NCBI GenBank assembly: GCA_016180435.1
Contig: JACPBG010000003.1
Location: forward strand, 13,791-77,790
Origin: Candidatus Sungiibacteriota bacterium
GTDB lineage: Bacteria > Patescibacteriota > Minisyncoccia > Sungbacterales > HO2-52-23
DNA length: 64,000 bases
Direction of reading: 5' to 3'
Both the position numbers and the translations under genes were made by a program. Below the pieces are notes generated by a model that ran no database searches, had not been told where the DNA came from, and worked only from the letters and a program-made list of their open reading frames with translations. Each line of letters opens with the position of its first letter. Within the stretch, counting starts at the first letter, position 1. Below, piece by piece: positions 29,475 to 39,369 of this stretch.

Positions 29475-30146
29475 ATGCGTAAGATAAATTACAAGGTGAT
29501 GCGAAAGAAGCCCCAGAATCAAAAGTTAATATTTATAGATTTTGACGATGTTTTGTTGAATACCAAAACATTCCGAAAAGAACTTTTCTCCGGTCTCGGC
29601 GTGCCCTATAAATACGCGGTCAAGTGCTATGTAGAAATGCAGAATACGCGGGGACGGTATGATCCCCATCCTTACTTTATGTTTATACGGAGGTGCTATC
29701 CCAATATGCGATATCGGCTTTTGATGCGGATGCTTAATGCCAAGCAAATGCGCACGCGCCGTCACGTTTTTGCGGATTCGGAAAAGTTTTTGCGCTGGTT
29801 GAGAAAGGACGGTTGGCGAATTGAGCTTGTGTCAAGCGGGAATTACGCCATGCAAAAAAGGAAAATTCTGGGCAGCGGCCTTGCCAAATTTTTCCATAAG
29901 ATTCATATTGTGCCCATAACCCGTGCCAAGGGCCGCGAAATACGCCGGGTTTTAAACGGCAGGCGCGGCAATTTCGTTTTTATCGATGATGTTAAAATTA
30001 TTGTTGATGATGTGAAGAAACTTCATCCGGAAGCATTTGTATTTCAGATGCGCAGGCGCAGAGACCGGGAAAAATCAAATCGAGTTGATGCGGTTGTTAA
30101 AAATTTTTCCCAGGCCGTTAATATCCTTAAAAAATTACATGCTTAA
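29475..30146 (+). CDS. HAD family hydrolase
   Basis: FIDFDDVL, VSSG and FIDD motifs. Confidence 0.8.
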   Translation: MRKINYKVMRKKPQNQKLIFIDFDDVLLNTKTFRKELFSGLGVPYKYAVKCYVEMQNTRGRYDPHPYFMFIRRCYPNMRYRLLMRMLNAKQMRTRRHVFADSEKFLRWLRKDGWRIELVSSGNYAMQKRKILGSGLAKFFHKIHIVPITRAKGREIRRVLNGRRGNFVFIDDVKIIVDDVKKLHPEAFVFQMRRRRDREKSNRVDAVVKNFSQAVNILKKLHA

Positions 30147-31098
30147 AAAAAATAAGGAAAAGAAGCCGCGAATTGTGGTAATCGGCGGCGGTACCGGGGC
30201 ATTTACCGTGCTTTCGGGCCTGCGCAAATATCCGCTGGAGCTGGCGGCCATAGTATCTATGGCGGATGATGGCGGATCAACCGGCGTTCTCCGAGAAGAG
30301 TTCGGAATCTTGCCGCCCGGCGACGTGCGCCGGGTTTTGGTCGCTATGGCGCATTCCGATAACCGCATGATGTCGGAGCTTTTTAATTACCGCTTTGCCG
30401 AAGGAGGATTACGAGGCCATACTTTCGGCAATATAATGCTTGCCGCACTTTCCCGCGTTACTGGCAGTTTTGAGGGCGCAATTTATGAGGCATCGCGGAT
30501 TTTGCGCGTGCGCGGAACTGTGATTCCGGTAACTCTTGATAATGTGCGGCTTTGCGCGAAATTGGAAAATGGCGCCGTGATACGCGGAGAATCCAATATT
30601 GATATGCCCAAACACGATGGCCGATTGCATATTAAAAAATTATGGCTTGATCCGGCGGCATATTTAAATAAAAAGGCGCGGGAAGCGATTCTCGCGGCGG
30701 ATATGATTGTAATCGGTCCGGGAGATCTTTATACAAGCATTATGCCCAATTTGGTAGTTCACGGTATGAGGGATGCCATCCGAAAATCCAGAGCCAAAAA
30801 AGCGTATGTTGTGAATTTGATGACCAAATGGGGGGAAACCAACGGATATGCAGCCGCGGATTTTGTGCGCATGGTGGAGAAAGAATTGGGCGGCGGGGTT
30901 TTGCATTATGCGCTTATAAATTCTAAGCATCCGTCTGCGGACCGCCTGCGGCAATACGAAAAAGAATCCTCGGAATTTGTTGCCCCAGGAGAACTTTCCA
31001 AGAAACCCGTTGCGGTTTTTGGAGATTTTTTGCGTAATCGCGGATTTGTGCGCCATGATCCGGATAAATTGGCGAAAGTTCTGGTATCACTTATTTAG
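30139..31098 (+). CDS. yvcK: YvcK/GlmR (CofD-like) family protein
   Basis: GGGTG, DDGGSTG.LR, PPGD.R, GPGDLYTS and RHD motifs. Confidence 0.92.
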   Translation: MLKKNKEKKPRIVVIGGGTGAFTVLSGLRKYPLELAAIVSMADDGGSTGVLREEFGILPPGDVRRVLVAMAHSDNRMMSELFNYRFAEGGLRGHTFGNIMLAALSRVTGSFEGAIYEASRILRVRGTVIPVTLDNVRLCAKLENGAVIRGESNIDMPKHDGRLHIKKLWLDPAAYLNKKAREAILAADMIVIGPGDLYTSIMPNLVVHGMRDAIRKSRAKKAYVVNLMTKWGETNGYAAADFVRMVEKELGGGVLHYALINSKHPSADRLRQYEKESSEFVAPGELSKKPVAVFGDFLRNRGFVRHDPDKLAKVLVSLI

Positions 31099-31120
31099 CG
31101 TATAAATCCGTATAAATTTT

Positions 31121-31780
31121 ATGCAAAAAGCGGTTATTTTTGATATGGACGGCGTTATTGCCGATACCCAGATAATTCATGCCTCGGTCGCAAGCAACAT
31201 GCTTCGCGATGTGGGGATTGTTGTAGATCCAGACATCATATCTTATAAATATGCAGGCGTTTCTTATCCAACGATGTTTCGGGAAATTTTTGACCAATCC
31301 GGAATTCAAAAAGGCGTTGAGGAAATAGTTGCTAAGACCAGAAGTACGGCGTTAAAAGCGCTGCAGGAAACCGAAATTGTACCACTTCCCGGGGCCTTAG
31401 AATTGATACAAATCTGTCTTGAAAACGGATTTGCTACGGCCATCGCGTCATCTTCGCGGTTTGCCATGATTGATACGGTTTTGAATAAACTTGGTTTAAC
31501 CGGAAAATTTCACGCAATTGCGTCGGGCGAAGAAGTTAAACGCGGCAAGCCCGATCCGGAAATTTTTCTTTTGGCGGCGCAAAGAATCAGTATAAATCCG
31601 CAAAATTGCGTAGTAATTGAAGATAGCTATCATGGCATGTTCGGAGCAAAGTCGGCCGGGATGAAATGTATAGGACTGATACGTGATGGAGATTTTGACC
31701 GGGGATATCCGGCCGATCTTCTTGTAAAAAACCTTCATGAGGTGTCAGTTGGAACCATCCTGGATATTTTGGGACAGTAG
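31121..31780 (+). CDS. HAD phosphatase (beta-PGM-like)
   Basis: FDMDGV, KPDPEIF and VIEDS motifs. Confidence 0.9.
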   Translation: MQKAVIFDMDGVIADTQIIHASVASNMLRDVGIVVDPDIISYKYAGVSYPTMFREIFDQSGIQKGVEEIVAKTRSTALKALQETEIVPLPGALELIQICLENGFATAIASSSRFAMIDTVLNKLGLTGKFHAIASGEEVKRGKPDPEIFLLAAQRISINPQNCVVIEDSYHGMFGAKSAGMKCIGLIRDGDFDRGYPADLLVKNLHEVSVGTILDILGQ

Positions 31781-31811
31781 AATTTTCAAAAATAAAAGCC
31801 CGCGGGGGGCT

Positions 31812-32456
31812 TTATGCAAATTGGCAAATGATATGGATGGCGTCAACAAGAGCTTGCCGTGAAATGGATGGCGCATGCCGGTGATGTACATTGCGGCAAA
31901 CTTCATCCGATAGCAAAGGAAGCTGTATCAAGCCGAAATGTGCCGAAATGTCAGGAAGTTCAATAGAGCCGGGTCTTCTCGGAGAGTTTTTTTGCCTTTC
32001 TATCATAATTGGTACAATTGAGGAAACATAGCTGCAATCCGATGGCCGGAGATCTTGTGCGCATATTGCCGGAATTTCTTTTTCGGCAAGCGCCTGGATA
32101 ATCATATCCGCATCCAGGGTGCATGGCAGTATGCGGCTTTCGTCGTCCAATCCCACACTTGTCCCTCCTCGTTCTATCGGAAAACGGTTATACACGACTT
32201 TTTGGAAAGTAATGCAAGTACGCTGCGGAATTGTTTCAAACGTCAATACCGCATCGGGTTTGAGCACGTGAATACGATTACTTAGTCGTGGAAATGTTTG
32301 CCCGAGGTTGTCGTTATCTACGATCATTGATTCAATGTGCAGATCGTCTGGAAGAAACATATCCTGATGCCATTGTTGAATGATTCCGGCTATTAGTTCG
32401 CAGGGATCCGCTAAAAGGTCATTTCGTTTGCAGGCTACAATTATAATTTTTTTCAC
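31812..32456 (-). CDS. Diverged pyroglutamyl peptidase I (C15)-like protein
   Basis: KPDAVL, ITFQKVVYN, CSY and GLIQLP resemble Pcp, but the catalytic residues look degenerate. Confidence 0.5.
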   Translation of the reverse strand: MKKIIIVACKRNDLLADPCELIAGIIQQWHQDMFLPDDLHIESMIVDNDNLGQTFPRLSNRIHVLKPDAVLTFETIPQRTCITFQKVVYNRFPIERGGTSVGLDDESRILPCTLDADMIIQALAEKEIPAICAQDLRPSDCSYVSSIVPIMIERQKNSPRRPGSIELPDISAHFGLIQLPLLSDEVCRNVHHRHAPSISRQALVDAIHIICQFA

Positions 32457-32605
32457 GGTTTTATCCCCAGTTTGCTAAGAGCTGTTTTTATTTGTACGCT
32501 ATTTATAATCCAAAGTCAATGTTATGTTAAGTTGTCGTAGCTTCGAGGCTAAACCTCGATAGTTAACTATCGAGGTTTAGCCTCTGTTGCATTTGTCTAT
32601 AGTTT

Positions 32606-33295
32606 ATGCGAATTATCAAACTTAACGAATCAAATCAAGCGATAGTTATAAAAAATGCCATAAAAATTATTCAAGGTGGCGGAATTGTGATTGGTCCCAC
32701 CGATACGGTTTACGGGATTTTTTGCGATGCGCGGAATAAAGATGCAATAAAGAAAATTTTTGCCTTAAAAGGGCGCCCCCGACAAAAAGCCCTCCCGATT
32801 TTTGTGCGCGATATAAAAATGGCGCGATATTATACGTATATTTCGGATGCCAAAGCGAGGTTTTTGGAGAAAGTGTGGCTTACCCCGTTAGATAATGAGC
32901 GAAGCGAAAATATAATGGGGCCCGGATTCGTAACCGTAGTTTTTCAACATAAGGATAAGTTGCCGAGGGTTTTAACCGGGGGCCTTGACACCGTCGGGAT
33001 TCGTATTCCGAATCATCCTTTTTTGCGCGAATTATTATTTATTTTGGACTATCCGGTTGCGCAGACCTCGGCCAATGTTTCTGATGCGCCTCCGGCCCGT
33101 AATGTCGCGGAAATTAAGAAGTATTTTATAGGCGCCAAAACCAAACCCGATTTAGTCATTGATGCCGGAGAGATTGAGGGGGAACCATCCGCGGTGATTG
33201 ATTGTACTGGAGTAAGGCCCGTTATTTTGCGAACCGGCACGCTTTCATTCGATACTCTGAATGATTTTTGGGACTCTCCGACGGATGGAAATTGA
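32606..33295 (+). CDS. tsaC: Threonylcarbamoyl-AMP synthase (SUA5/TsaC)
   Basis: PTDTVYG, K.R..K, GIRIP and TSAN motifs. Confidence 0.92.
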   Translation: MRIIKLNESNQAIVIKNAIKIIQGGGIVIGPTDTVYGIFCDARNKDAIKKIFALKGRPRQKALPIFVRDIKMARYYTYISDAKARFLEKVWLTPLDNERSENIMGPGFVTVVFQHKDKLPRVLTGGLDTVGIRIPNHPFLRELLFILDYPVAQTSANVSDAPPARNVAEIKKYFIGAKTKPDLVIDAGEIEGEPSAVIDCTGVRPVILRTGTLSFDTLNDFWDSPTDGN

Positions 33296-33353
33296 CAGAT
33301 ATTCCGTACTCTGATACGATTTTTACAGTTCATTCACGAAAGAAAAATAATCC

Positions 33354-34109
33354 ATGAAATCGGTAATGGAGATGACCCTGGAAGAACTATCTGCGTTTGT
33401 TGCGGAACGATGGCCGTTTGATGAAAATAATTATGATCAACTCAGACGCATTATGTCTGTACCGGTAGCCGTACGTACAAAATTTTCGATAATGCATATT
33501 CATAAGCATTTGAGTAAAACAGTAGGATTGATAGCTGACTTCTTGGAGCCGCTTGATCATCAAACTTTCGCTCTGCTGGCTAGATATTTGGATTCGGTTA
33601 AATGCAGAAATATTTTGGCGATGGTGGCAAAAAACCTTTTGGTCAGTACGGTTCGTCTTATAGAAGCCGCTAATCTCGCTCCTTACGACGCGAATCTAGA
33701 GCGGCAGATTAATGAAATGACACTGTCGGAACTGTGTTCACATGTTGAAGCGCATTACCCTTTCGGTTACGGTGAGCTTGGGCGGATCCCTCCTCTGACG
33801 CACAATAAGGATTATGATACATTGCGTTTGAAATTCGCCCTGGAGGACATTCACTACGAATTAAGTGAAGCGACTGGCGTTATTGGTAAATTTTTGCGCG
33901 ACCGCAATAAAAATCCAATCATTGGTAATATGATTGCTTATATGGAATCGCCAGTCTCCAGAAAAGAACTTGAACCCATAGCGATGATGCTGACATTAAA
34001 TATGGCCCGTTTAATCGGAGTCATGTCATTGGCGCCATACTTGGAAGAAGAATTTTCCTTACGGGCATACGAACACCACCGGATACACCCGAAGAATAAG
34101 AAATTATGA
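33354..34109 (+). CDS. Hypothetical protein made of two tandem helical repeats
   Basis: EMTLEELSAFVAERWPF and EMTLSELCSHVEAHYPF lie about 115 aa apart. Confidence 0.65.
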   Translation: MKSVMEMTLEELSAFVAERWPFDENNYDQLRRIMSVPVAVRTKFSIMHIHKHLSKTVGLIADFLEPLDHQTFALLARYLDSVKCRNILAMVAKNLLVSTVRLIEAANLAPYDANLERQINEMTLSELCSHVEAHYPFGYGELGRIPPLTHNKDYDTLRLKFALEDIHYELSEATGVIGKFLRDRNKNPIIGNMIAYMESPVSRKELEPIAMMLTLNMARLIGVMSLAPYLEEEFSLRAYEHHRIHPKNKKL

Positions 34110-34206
34110 CCCCTCACGGGTCTTTTTTATATCCCGGGTTGGCATGTGGATTGCGGTATATTGTTGGACTTATAAGTTTGGAGTATCCTTTAAGTTACAT
34201 TCTTTT

Positions 34207-34884
34207 ATGCTTTTATCTCGCCATGCCATTTTGCGTCATTTCAAAGAGGGGAATATTGTAATTGACCCCTTTGACGATCGAAAATTAAAAACCACCAGCT
34301 ACGATGTTGCGTTGGGTGAGTGGTTTTGGCGCGAAGGACATCCGGAGAGTCGCGCAACACTTCATAATGTATATGACGAGGAATCAACTAAGCGGGTGTG
34401 GCAGGGGCCTTATGGTGCGGAAAGTGCGAGGGCGGTAAGCGAGCGGCTTGGGCTTAATCTTAAAAATATTAAACCCGAAGATAAAATTATTCTTTTACGT
34501 CCGGGCGAGACGGTCTTGGCGCACACTGATGAATTTATAGGCGGACGCAATAAAGTGGTTTCCAAAATGTATGCGCGCTCGTCTCTTGGCAGAAACTTTG
34601 TGGAAGTTTGCAAAGACGCGGGCTGGGGGGACATCGGATATTTCAACCGTTGGACCATGGAGGTGACAAATAATTCGCAGTATTTTACGATCCCGTTGGT
34701 GGTGGGGCGCCGCATCGGGCAGATGGTGTTTTATGAGGTAGAGCCGGTGGCAAGCGGAGCGGATTATGTGGCGGAAGCGGGAAAGTATCAACTATCGCAG
34801 GATATTGAGGAGGTCAAAAAAACCTGGAAGCCGGAGATGATGATACCGAGCATGCATTTAGATTGGGAGGTACGCTCCGTATAG
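34207..34884 (+). CDS. dcd: dCTP deaminase
   Basis: SYDV.LG, ARSSLGR, GWGDIGY..WTME, IGQMVF and GKYQ motifs. Confidence 0.88.
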   Translation: MLLSRHAILRHFKEGNIVIDPFDDRKLKTTSYDVALGEWFWREGHPESRATLHNVYDEESTKRVWQGPYGAESARAVSERLGLNLKNIKPEDKIILLRPGETVLAHTDEFIGGRNKVVSKMYARSSLGRNFVEVCKDAGWGDIGYFNRWTMEVTNNSQYFTIPLVVGRRIGQMVFYEVEPVASGADYVAEAGKYQLSQDIEEVKKTWKPEMMIPSMHLDWEVRSV

Positions 34885-35083
34885 CGGTTATCGGCAATTC
34901 TTTTTACAGACACGCAAAAATTTCCCTGCGAGAAATTTTTCTCAGGATCCGGCATTGCTCTCCCGCCTTTAGCGGGATCCATGCCCGCAATGTCTCATCA
35001 TGGTCTGTAAAAAGAATTGCCGATAACCGCATTTATTTTGCTATAAGGTTTTCGTAATGTAACCGGCATTTGCCGGTTTTTTT
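34884..35083 (+). repeat. Structured multibranch element, copy C, with terminator
   Basis: Perfect 28 bp outer stem (34884-34911 with 35003-35030), CCTGCG loop, TCAGGATCC, CCATGC, the tail, then AACCGGC-ATTT-GCCGGTT and a T-run. Confidence 0.85.
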
Positions 35084-35147
35084 GATTGACATAAAAAAGC
35101 AAGCGTGTTACTAATGGATATAGATCTTTAATGTTGAGGATGAATCT

Positions 35148-35597
35148 ATGTTAACGAAGCCGACAGAAGCGCAGATCAAAAAAGCATGTGAGTTCTGGGC
35201 GGGAAAACTTGGTAAATTTAACGCATTTTTCCAGACTAAAGAGGAACGGAAAGATCCGGCGAACCGCGAAACATCTTATGAAGAAACTCGAGCGACAGTA
35301 GACGGCCAGCAACATGCGGCGCAATTTTCTACGGCGGAGGCCAAAGAGCGGTTGAAAGTGGAAATTCGTAAATATTTACGTGAGCATGAGTTTGAATTCG
35401 TTCCGGATTTGGGAAGGCGCGTCCATATTTGTTTAGATGTAGATTACCACCCAAGGTATGATTTTTTCGATATCGTAGATAAAGCCGGACTTGATCCGCA
35501 TGATTTTTTGTTTCCGATCAAGACACAACTTGTTATAAAGCCGGACGGCGGGGTAGTTGTTTTTGAGGGCATTAACGCGGAACCGTATGAAATTTAA
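35148..35597 (+). CDS. Hypothetical protein
   Basis: 149 aa ORF with a TTGACA promoter, GAGGA RBS and downstream terminator. Confidence 0.6.
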   Translation: MLTKPTEAQIKKACEFWAGKLGKFNAFFQTKEERKDPANRETSYEETRATVDGQQHAAQFSTAEAKERLKVEIRKYLREHEFEFVPDLGRRVHICLDVDYHPRYDFFDIVDKAGLDPHDFLFPIKTQLVIKPDGGVVVFEGINAEPYEI

Positions 35598-35695
35598 ATA
35601 GGTTCGAGTCAGCATCTGCCGGCTTATTTTAATTGCCGGTTTTTGTTTGTTTACGCGGGGGTTGACTTTTATTTTAGGATTAGTATCATAGAATT

Positions 35696-35953
35696 ATGAA
35701 ACGCATCCCAAAATTACCAACTATTGATGTTAAAAAATACGGAGGGCGGCAGGTTGCGATTGTGGATGGAAAGATCATCGCATCTGGACGTACTTTACGT
35801 CAGGTTATTTTGCGGGCGCGAAAAATAATTCCTTCGCGGCCACTGCATGAGATTAGAGTTTTTTCCGTACCAAGATCTCTGTCGGTGATTTATTATGCCC
35901 AATATTCAGATTTTTCCATATGGTATCACGCTTCGGGAGGGGGGTGCAGTTGA
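35696..35953 (+). CDS. DUF5678-like small protein
   Basis: KYGGRQVAIVDGKIIASG. Paralog at 46530. Confidence 0.65.
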   Translation: MKRIPKLPTIDVKKYGGRQVAIVDGKIIASGRTLRQVILRARKIIPSRPLHEIRVFSVPRSLSVIYYAQYSDFSIWYHASGGGCS

Positions 35954-36359
35954 TGTTTTCCCGGCGGCAGAAGTTACTTTTGAGGTGAGCAAAAATGAGC
36001 GGTTAACCCTATTTTTTATCATTGATTCCGGAGCGGCAATTTCCGCACTTCCTAAAAGCGATGCTCCAATGCTTGGTATAGATGCCAAGAGCGGTATTTT
36101 GACGAATATTTCTGGTGTCGGCGGAAATTCCGTTATTGGCTGGACGCATGAAGTTGCTGTGGGTTTGGGGAAATATAATTTAAAGCTCCCGATCGTCTTT
36201 TTGGATCATAGCGAAGCGCCTCGGGTATTAGGACGTGCCGGACTCTTTAACCGCTATACGATTATTTTTGAAGAAACCAAACATAGAAGCAGTTTCATGG
36301 ATAATTCTACCAAGGAGTCCCGTAAAATTGCTAAAATCGTTGATGGGGGCGCATCTTAG
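35895..36359 (+). CDS. Retropepsin-like aspartyl protease
   Basis: IIDSGA, GVGG flap and VLGR motifs. Confidence 0.8.
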   Translation: MPNIQIFPYGITLREGGAVDVFPAAEVTFEVSKNERLTLFFIIDSGAAISALPKSDAPMLGIDAKSGILTNISGVGGNSVIGWTHEVAVGLGKYNLKLPIVFLDHSEAPRVLGRAGLFNRYTIIFEETKHRSSFMDNSTKESRKIAKIVDGGAS

Positions 36360-36458
36360 AGGTTAAGAAAAATCAGTTCCGGCTTAGCCGGTTTTTTAAT
36401 TGCGTGCTTAATCGGTTCGTGGTATTCTCAAAGAAGCACTTTTCTACGGAGAAATGAG

Positions 36459-37064
36459 ATGAAGAAGGCCCATTTATTGGCGTTGACTGTTTTGATTGTT
36501 GCGCTTTACGCCAACAGCATATTCGCTCAAGAGATTAAAGTAGGCGGGAAGAGTTTCCAATTTTCCGAGATTCTTTCTAAAACAAAATTAGAGGGCGATA
36601 TAGTGACAAATCCCATCGACTATAAAATCGTTACCATACGTTTTGCGCCGGGTTCGAGCTGGAAACAACAGCTTCCGGAGCTTCAGAATCGCATATGGGG
36701 GTTGAACAAACTCAATTTTAGTTTTAATATTTTTTCTGATTACAGTCCGTTTTATCAACTGGAAGGCGAACTTTTATTTTATCCTAATACAAAATTCGGT
36801 ACTGTTAGAGTGGAAATTTATACGGTGAGCTACGCCGAGCGCCACCGTTTTAGCAGATTGACCGATATTTGGAATAAAATATTGGTCATTACGGAGAAAT
36901 CAAGAGAGACAGATGGAATGGGATTATCGTGTGTTGAGATGACCGGGCTTTTATATTTAAGCGACGCGGTTCAAGAAAATACCGTGATGACCCTGGACGA
37001 ATCCGAATGGAAATTCAATTTTGATCCGCAATCCGCCGAACTTGTGAATTGCAATAAAAAATAA
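36459..37064 (+). CDS. Secreted hypothetical protein
   Basis: Signal peptide ending IFA-Q. Terminator at 37065-37085. Confidence 0.6.
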   Translation: MKKAHLLALTVLIVALYANSIFAQEIKVGGKSFQFSEILSKTKLEGDIVTNPIDYKIVTIRFAPGSSWKQQLPELQNRIWGLNKLNFSFNIFSDYSPFYQLEGELLFYPNTKFGTVRVEIYTVSYAERHRFSRLTDIWNKILVITEKSRETDGMGLSCVEMTGLLYLSDAVQENTVMTLDESEWKFNFDPQSAELVNCNKK

Positions 37065-37107
37065 AACCCCGTCAAGGGGTTATTTTATTTAAACGCGCGG
37101 ATGTTTT

Positions 37108-37314
37108 ACCCCGTTAGAACGCCGTCGACTCCTGTCGGCGGTAATGGCAGAGATAAATGATGGAAGTGTAATGCTCCCATCTACGGGTCGCTCGCCCCGT
37201 TAGAGATGCGGCGCGACAAGACCCCGGCGGTACTAGTGAAAAATGTAATTTTTTTCTTAAATGGATTCAACTCTATAAATCTCTAACGGGGCGAAGCGCC
37301 CGTTCTAACGGGGT
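37108..37314. mobile_element. Nested MITE-like elements (outer 37108-37314, inner 37194-37292)
   Basis: ACCCCGTTAGAAC...GTTCTAACGGGGT encloses GCCCCGTTAGAGAT...ATCTCTAACGGGGC. GTTTTAC appears at both outer junctions. Confidence 0.8.
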
Positions 37315-37351
37315 TTTACAATAAACAATAGATGTTTTAGAATTTAAGAAT

Positions 37352-38722
37352 ATGGCAATGCAATATAAAAACGTAAAAAAATATGATAGGGAGATTTATA
37401 ATCTTATCCGTGAAGAAGAACGAAGGCAGAAAGATGGGTTGGAACTTATCCCTTCGGAAAGTTACGCATCCGCCGCTGTGCTTGAGGCCCTGGGCAGTAT
37501 TTTGAATGACAAATATGCGGAGAATTATCCGGGAAAACGCTATTACGGCGGGTGCGAGACCGTGGATAAGGTGGAACGGTTGTGCCAGGAACGCGCCTTA
37601 AAAGTTTTTCGCGCGCAAGGATACAAAGTAAATGTCCAGCCCTATTCCGGAAGTCCGGCCAATATTGAGGTGTATGCGGGATTGCTTGATTTTGGAGATA
37701 CGATCATGGCTTTGCGCTTGGATCATGGCGGCCACTTGACCCACGGTTCTCCGGTAAGTTTTTCAGGTAAGGCATACAAATTTATTCATTATGGAGTTGA
37801 TCCAAAAACTGAATGTCTTGATTATGACGAAATTGCGCGGCTCGCCCAAAAACATAAGCCCAAAATTATTCTTTCCGGATTTACCGCCTATCCGCGGCTG
37901 ATAGATTTTAAAAAAATGCACGCGATTGCAAAATCTGTCGGCGCAATTTCCATGGCGGACATTTCGCATATTTCGGGACTTATCATCGGCGGCGCTCATC
38001 CCTCGCCTTTTCCGTTCACGGATGTGGTGACAACTACTACGCATAAAACCCTGCGCGGTCCGCGCGCGGCTATGATATTTTCTCGAAAAGATAAAAGTAT
38101 AAAGATAAAAGATAAAAACGTCTTGATTTCTGAAGCTATTGATAAGGCAGTTTTCCCCGGCATGCAGGGCGGGCCGCATGAGCACACGATCGCGGCAATT
38201 GCCGTGGCTTTGCACGAGGCAAAAAAACCGGAATTCAGAAAATTTGCGGAGCAGGTGGTTAAAAATGCCAAAGTACTTGCCATAGCCATCCAAAAAGAAG
38301 GACTCCGTTTAATTTCGGGGGGAACCGATAATCATCTGATGTTAATTGATTTACGGCCGTTTGGCCCGGGTAGGGGAAAATTTATTGAAAAAGCATTGGA
38401 GGCAGTACGTATTAGTGTAAACAAAAGTCCTATTCCCAATGACCCTTCGCCGCCGTTTTATCCGTCCGGAGTCCGTCTGGGCACCCCGGCGATAACCAGC
38501 CGCGGCATGAAAGAAAAAGAAATGCGTGTTATTGCGGGATTTATCGCGCGTGTGGTGCGGGAATTTTCGCACGTCATACTGCCGGAGGAAAAATCCGAGC
38601 GCGCCACGGCGGTACGTGAATTTACCCAGAAACTTTCTCGCAGCCAATTTGTCAAAAAAATAGGTAGTGAGGTTAAACAGTTCGCATCAAGATTTCCGGT
38701 CCCGGGGATTGACACGAAATAA
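37352..38722 (+). CDS. glyA: Serine hydroxymethyltransferase
   Basis: LIPSE, GGHLTHG, TTTTHKTLRGPR and SGGTDNH motifs. Confidence 0.97.
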   Translation: MAMQYKNVKKYDREIYNLIREEERRQKDGLELIPSESYASAAVLEALGSILNDKYAENYPGKRYYGGCETVDKVERLCQERALKVFRAQGYKVNVQPYSGSPANIEVYAGLLDFGDTIMALRLDHGGHLTHGSPVSFSGKAYKFIHYGVDPKTECLDYDEIARLAQKHKPKIILSGFTAYPRLIDFKKMHAIAKSVGAISMADISHISGLIIGGAHPSPFPFTDVVTTTTHKTLRGPRAAMIFSRKDKSIKIKDKNVLISEAIDKAVFPGMQGGPHEHTIAAIAVALHEAKKPEFRKFAEQVVKNAKVLAIAIQKEGLRLISGGTDNHLMLIDLRPFGPGRGKFIEKALEAVRISVNKSPIPNDPSPPFYPSGVRLGTPAITSRGMKEKEMRVIAGFIARVVREFSHVILPEEKSERATAVREFTQKLSRSQFVKKIGSEVKQFASRFPVPGIDTK

Positions 38723-38783
38723 TCAGTATGTTACGTATAAACACATAAGTTCTTTATAGATTTTTTGCGTAGATGGTAGCAAT

Positions 38784-39071
38784 ATGAAGAAGCGGACATT
38801 CATGATGTTGGTTGCGATCTTTCTTCTTGTGCCGATTGGCAGTTTTGGGCAAAATAAGCCGGTTGATATCTGTATTTCAGTAATTGATATGCAGATCGTC
38901 CCGGTTGCACGAATTCCTTTCTTCGGTGGGCAAGTGCTTGTAGGAGGGCGTCGCTATCAATTGCCCGACGGCAGGATCATCGAAATTCCCATTCCAGTCT
39001 TTCCGGAACACATGAAAATCGGATCAGATGGATTGCCCCTTTATTGCGGGCCACACAAAGTAGTGAAATAA
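38784..39071 (+). CDS. Small secreted hypothetical protein (cargo 1 of the glyA array)
   Basis: Signal-peptide-like N-terminus, located between the repeated promoter and terminator. Confidence 0.55.
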   Translation: MKKRTFMMLVAIFLLVPIGSFGQNKPVDICISVIDMQIVPVARIPFFGGQVLVGGRRYQLPDGRIIEIPIPVFPEHMKIGSDGLPLYCGPHKVVK

Positions 39072-39135
39072 AGGAAGCCATTTGCGCTTCCTATTTTATT
39101 TGACCCATTTTGCGGCTAATGATATTATAAAAAAT

Positions 39136-39369
39136 ATGAATGTTATTACTATTCCAAAAGGAGAATTTGTGGTTATTCCGCGTAAGGACTACGAGGAACT
39201 TACTGAACTAAAAAAATGGATTCCAGTAGTTAAACCCACCCGGGGTGAGTTACGGGTTATACGGCGCGGTGAGCGGGAGATTGCACGTGGCGAGTACGTT
39301 TCGTGGTCAAAGGTAAAATATGAACTGGAACGCCGTCTTAACCGAAGTCGCAATAAAGCATCTGGATAA
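39136..39369 (+). CDS. Putative antitoxin
   Basis: VVIPRKDYEEL...EREIARGEYVSW. Overlaps a RelE gene. Confidence 0.75.
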   Translation: MNVITIPKGEFVVIPRKDYEELTELKKWIPVVKPTRGELRVIRRGEREIARGEYVSWSKVKYELERRLNRSRNKASG

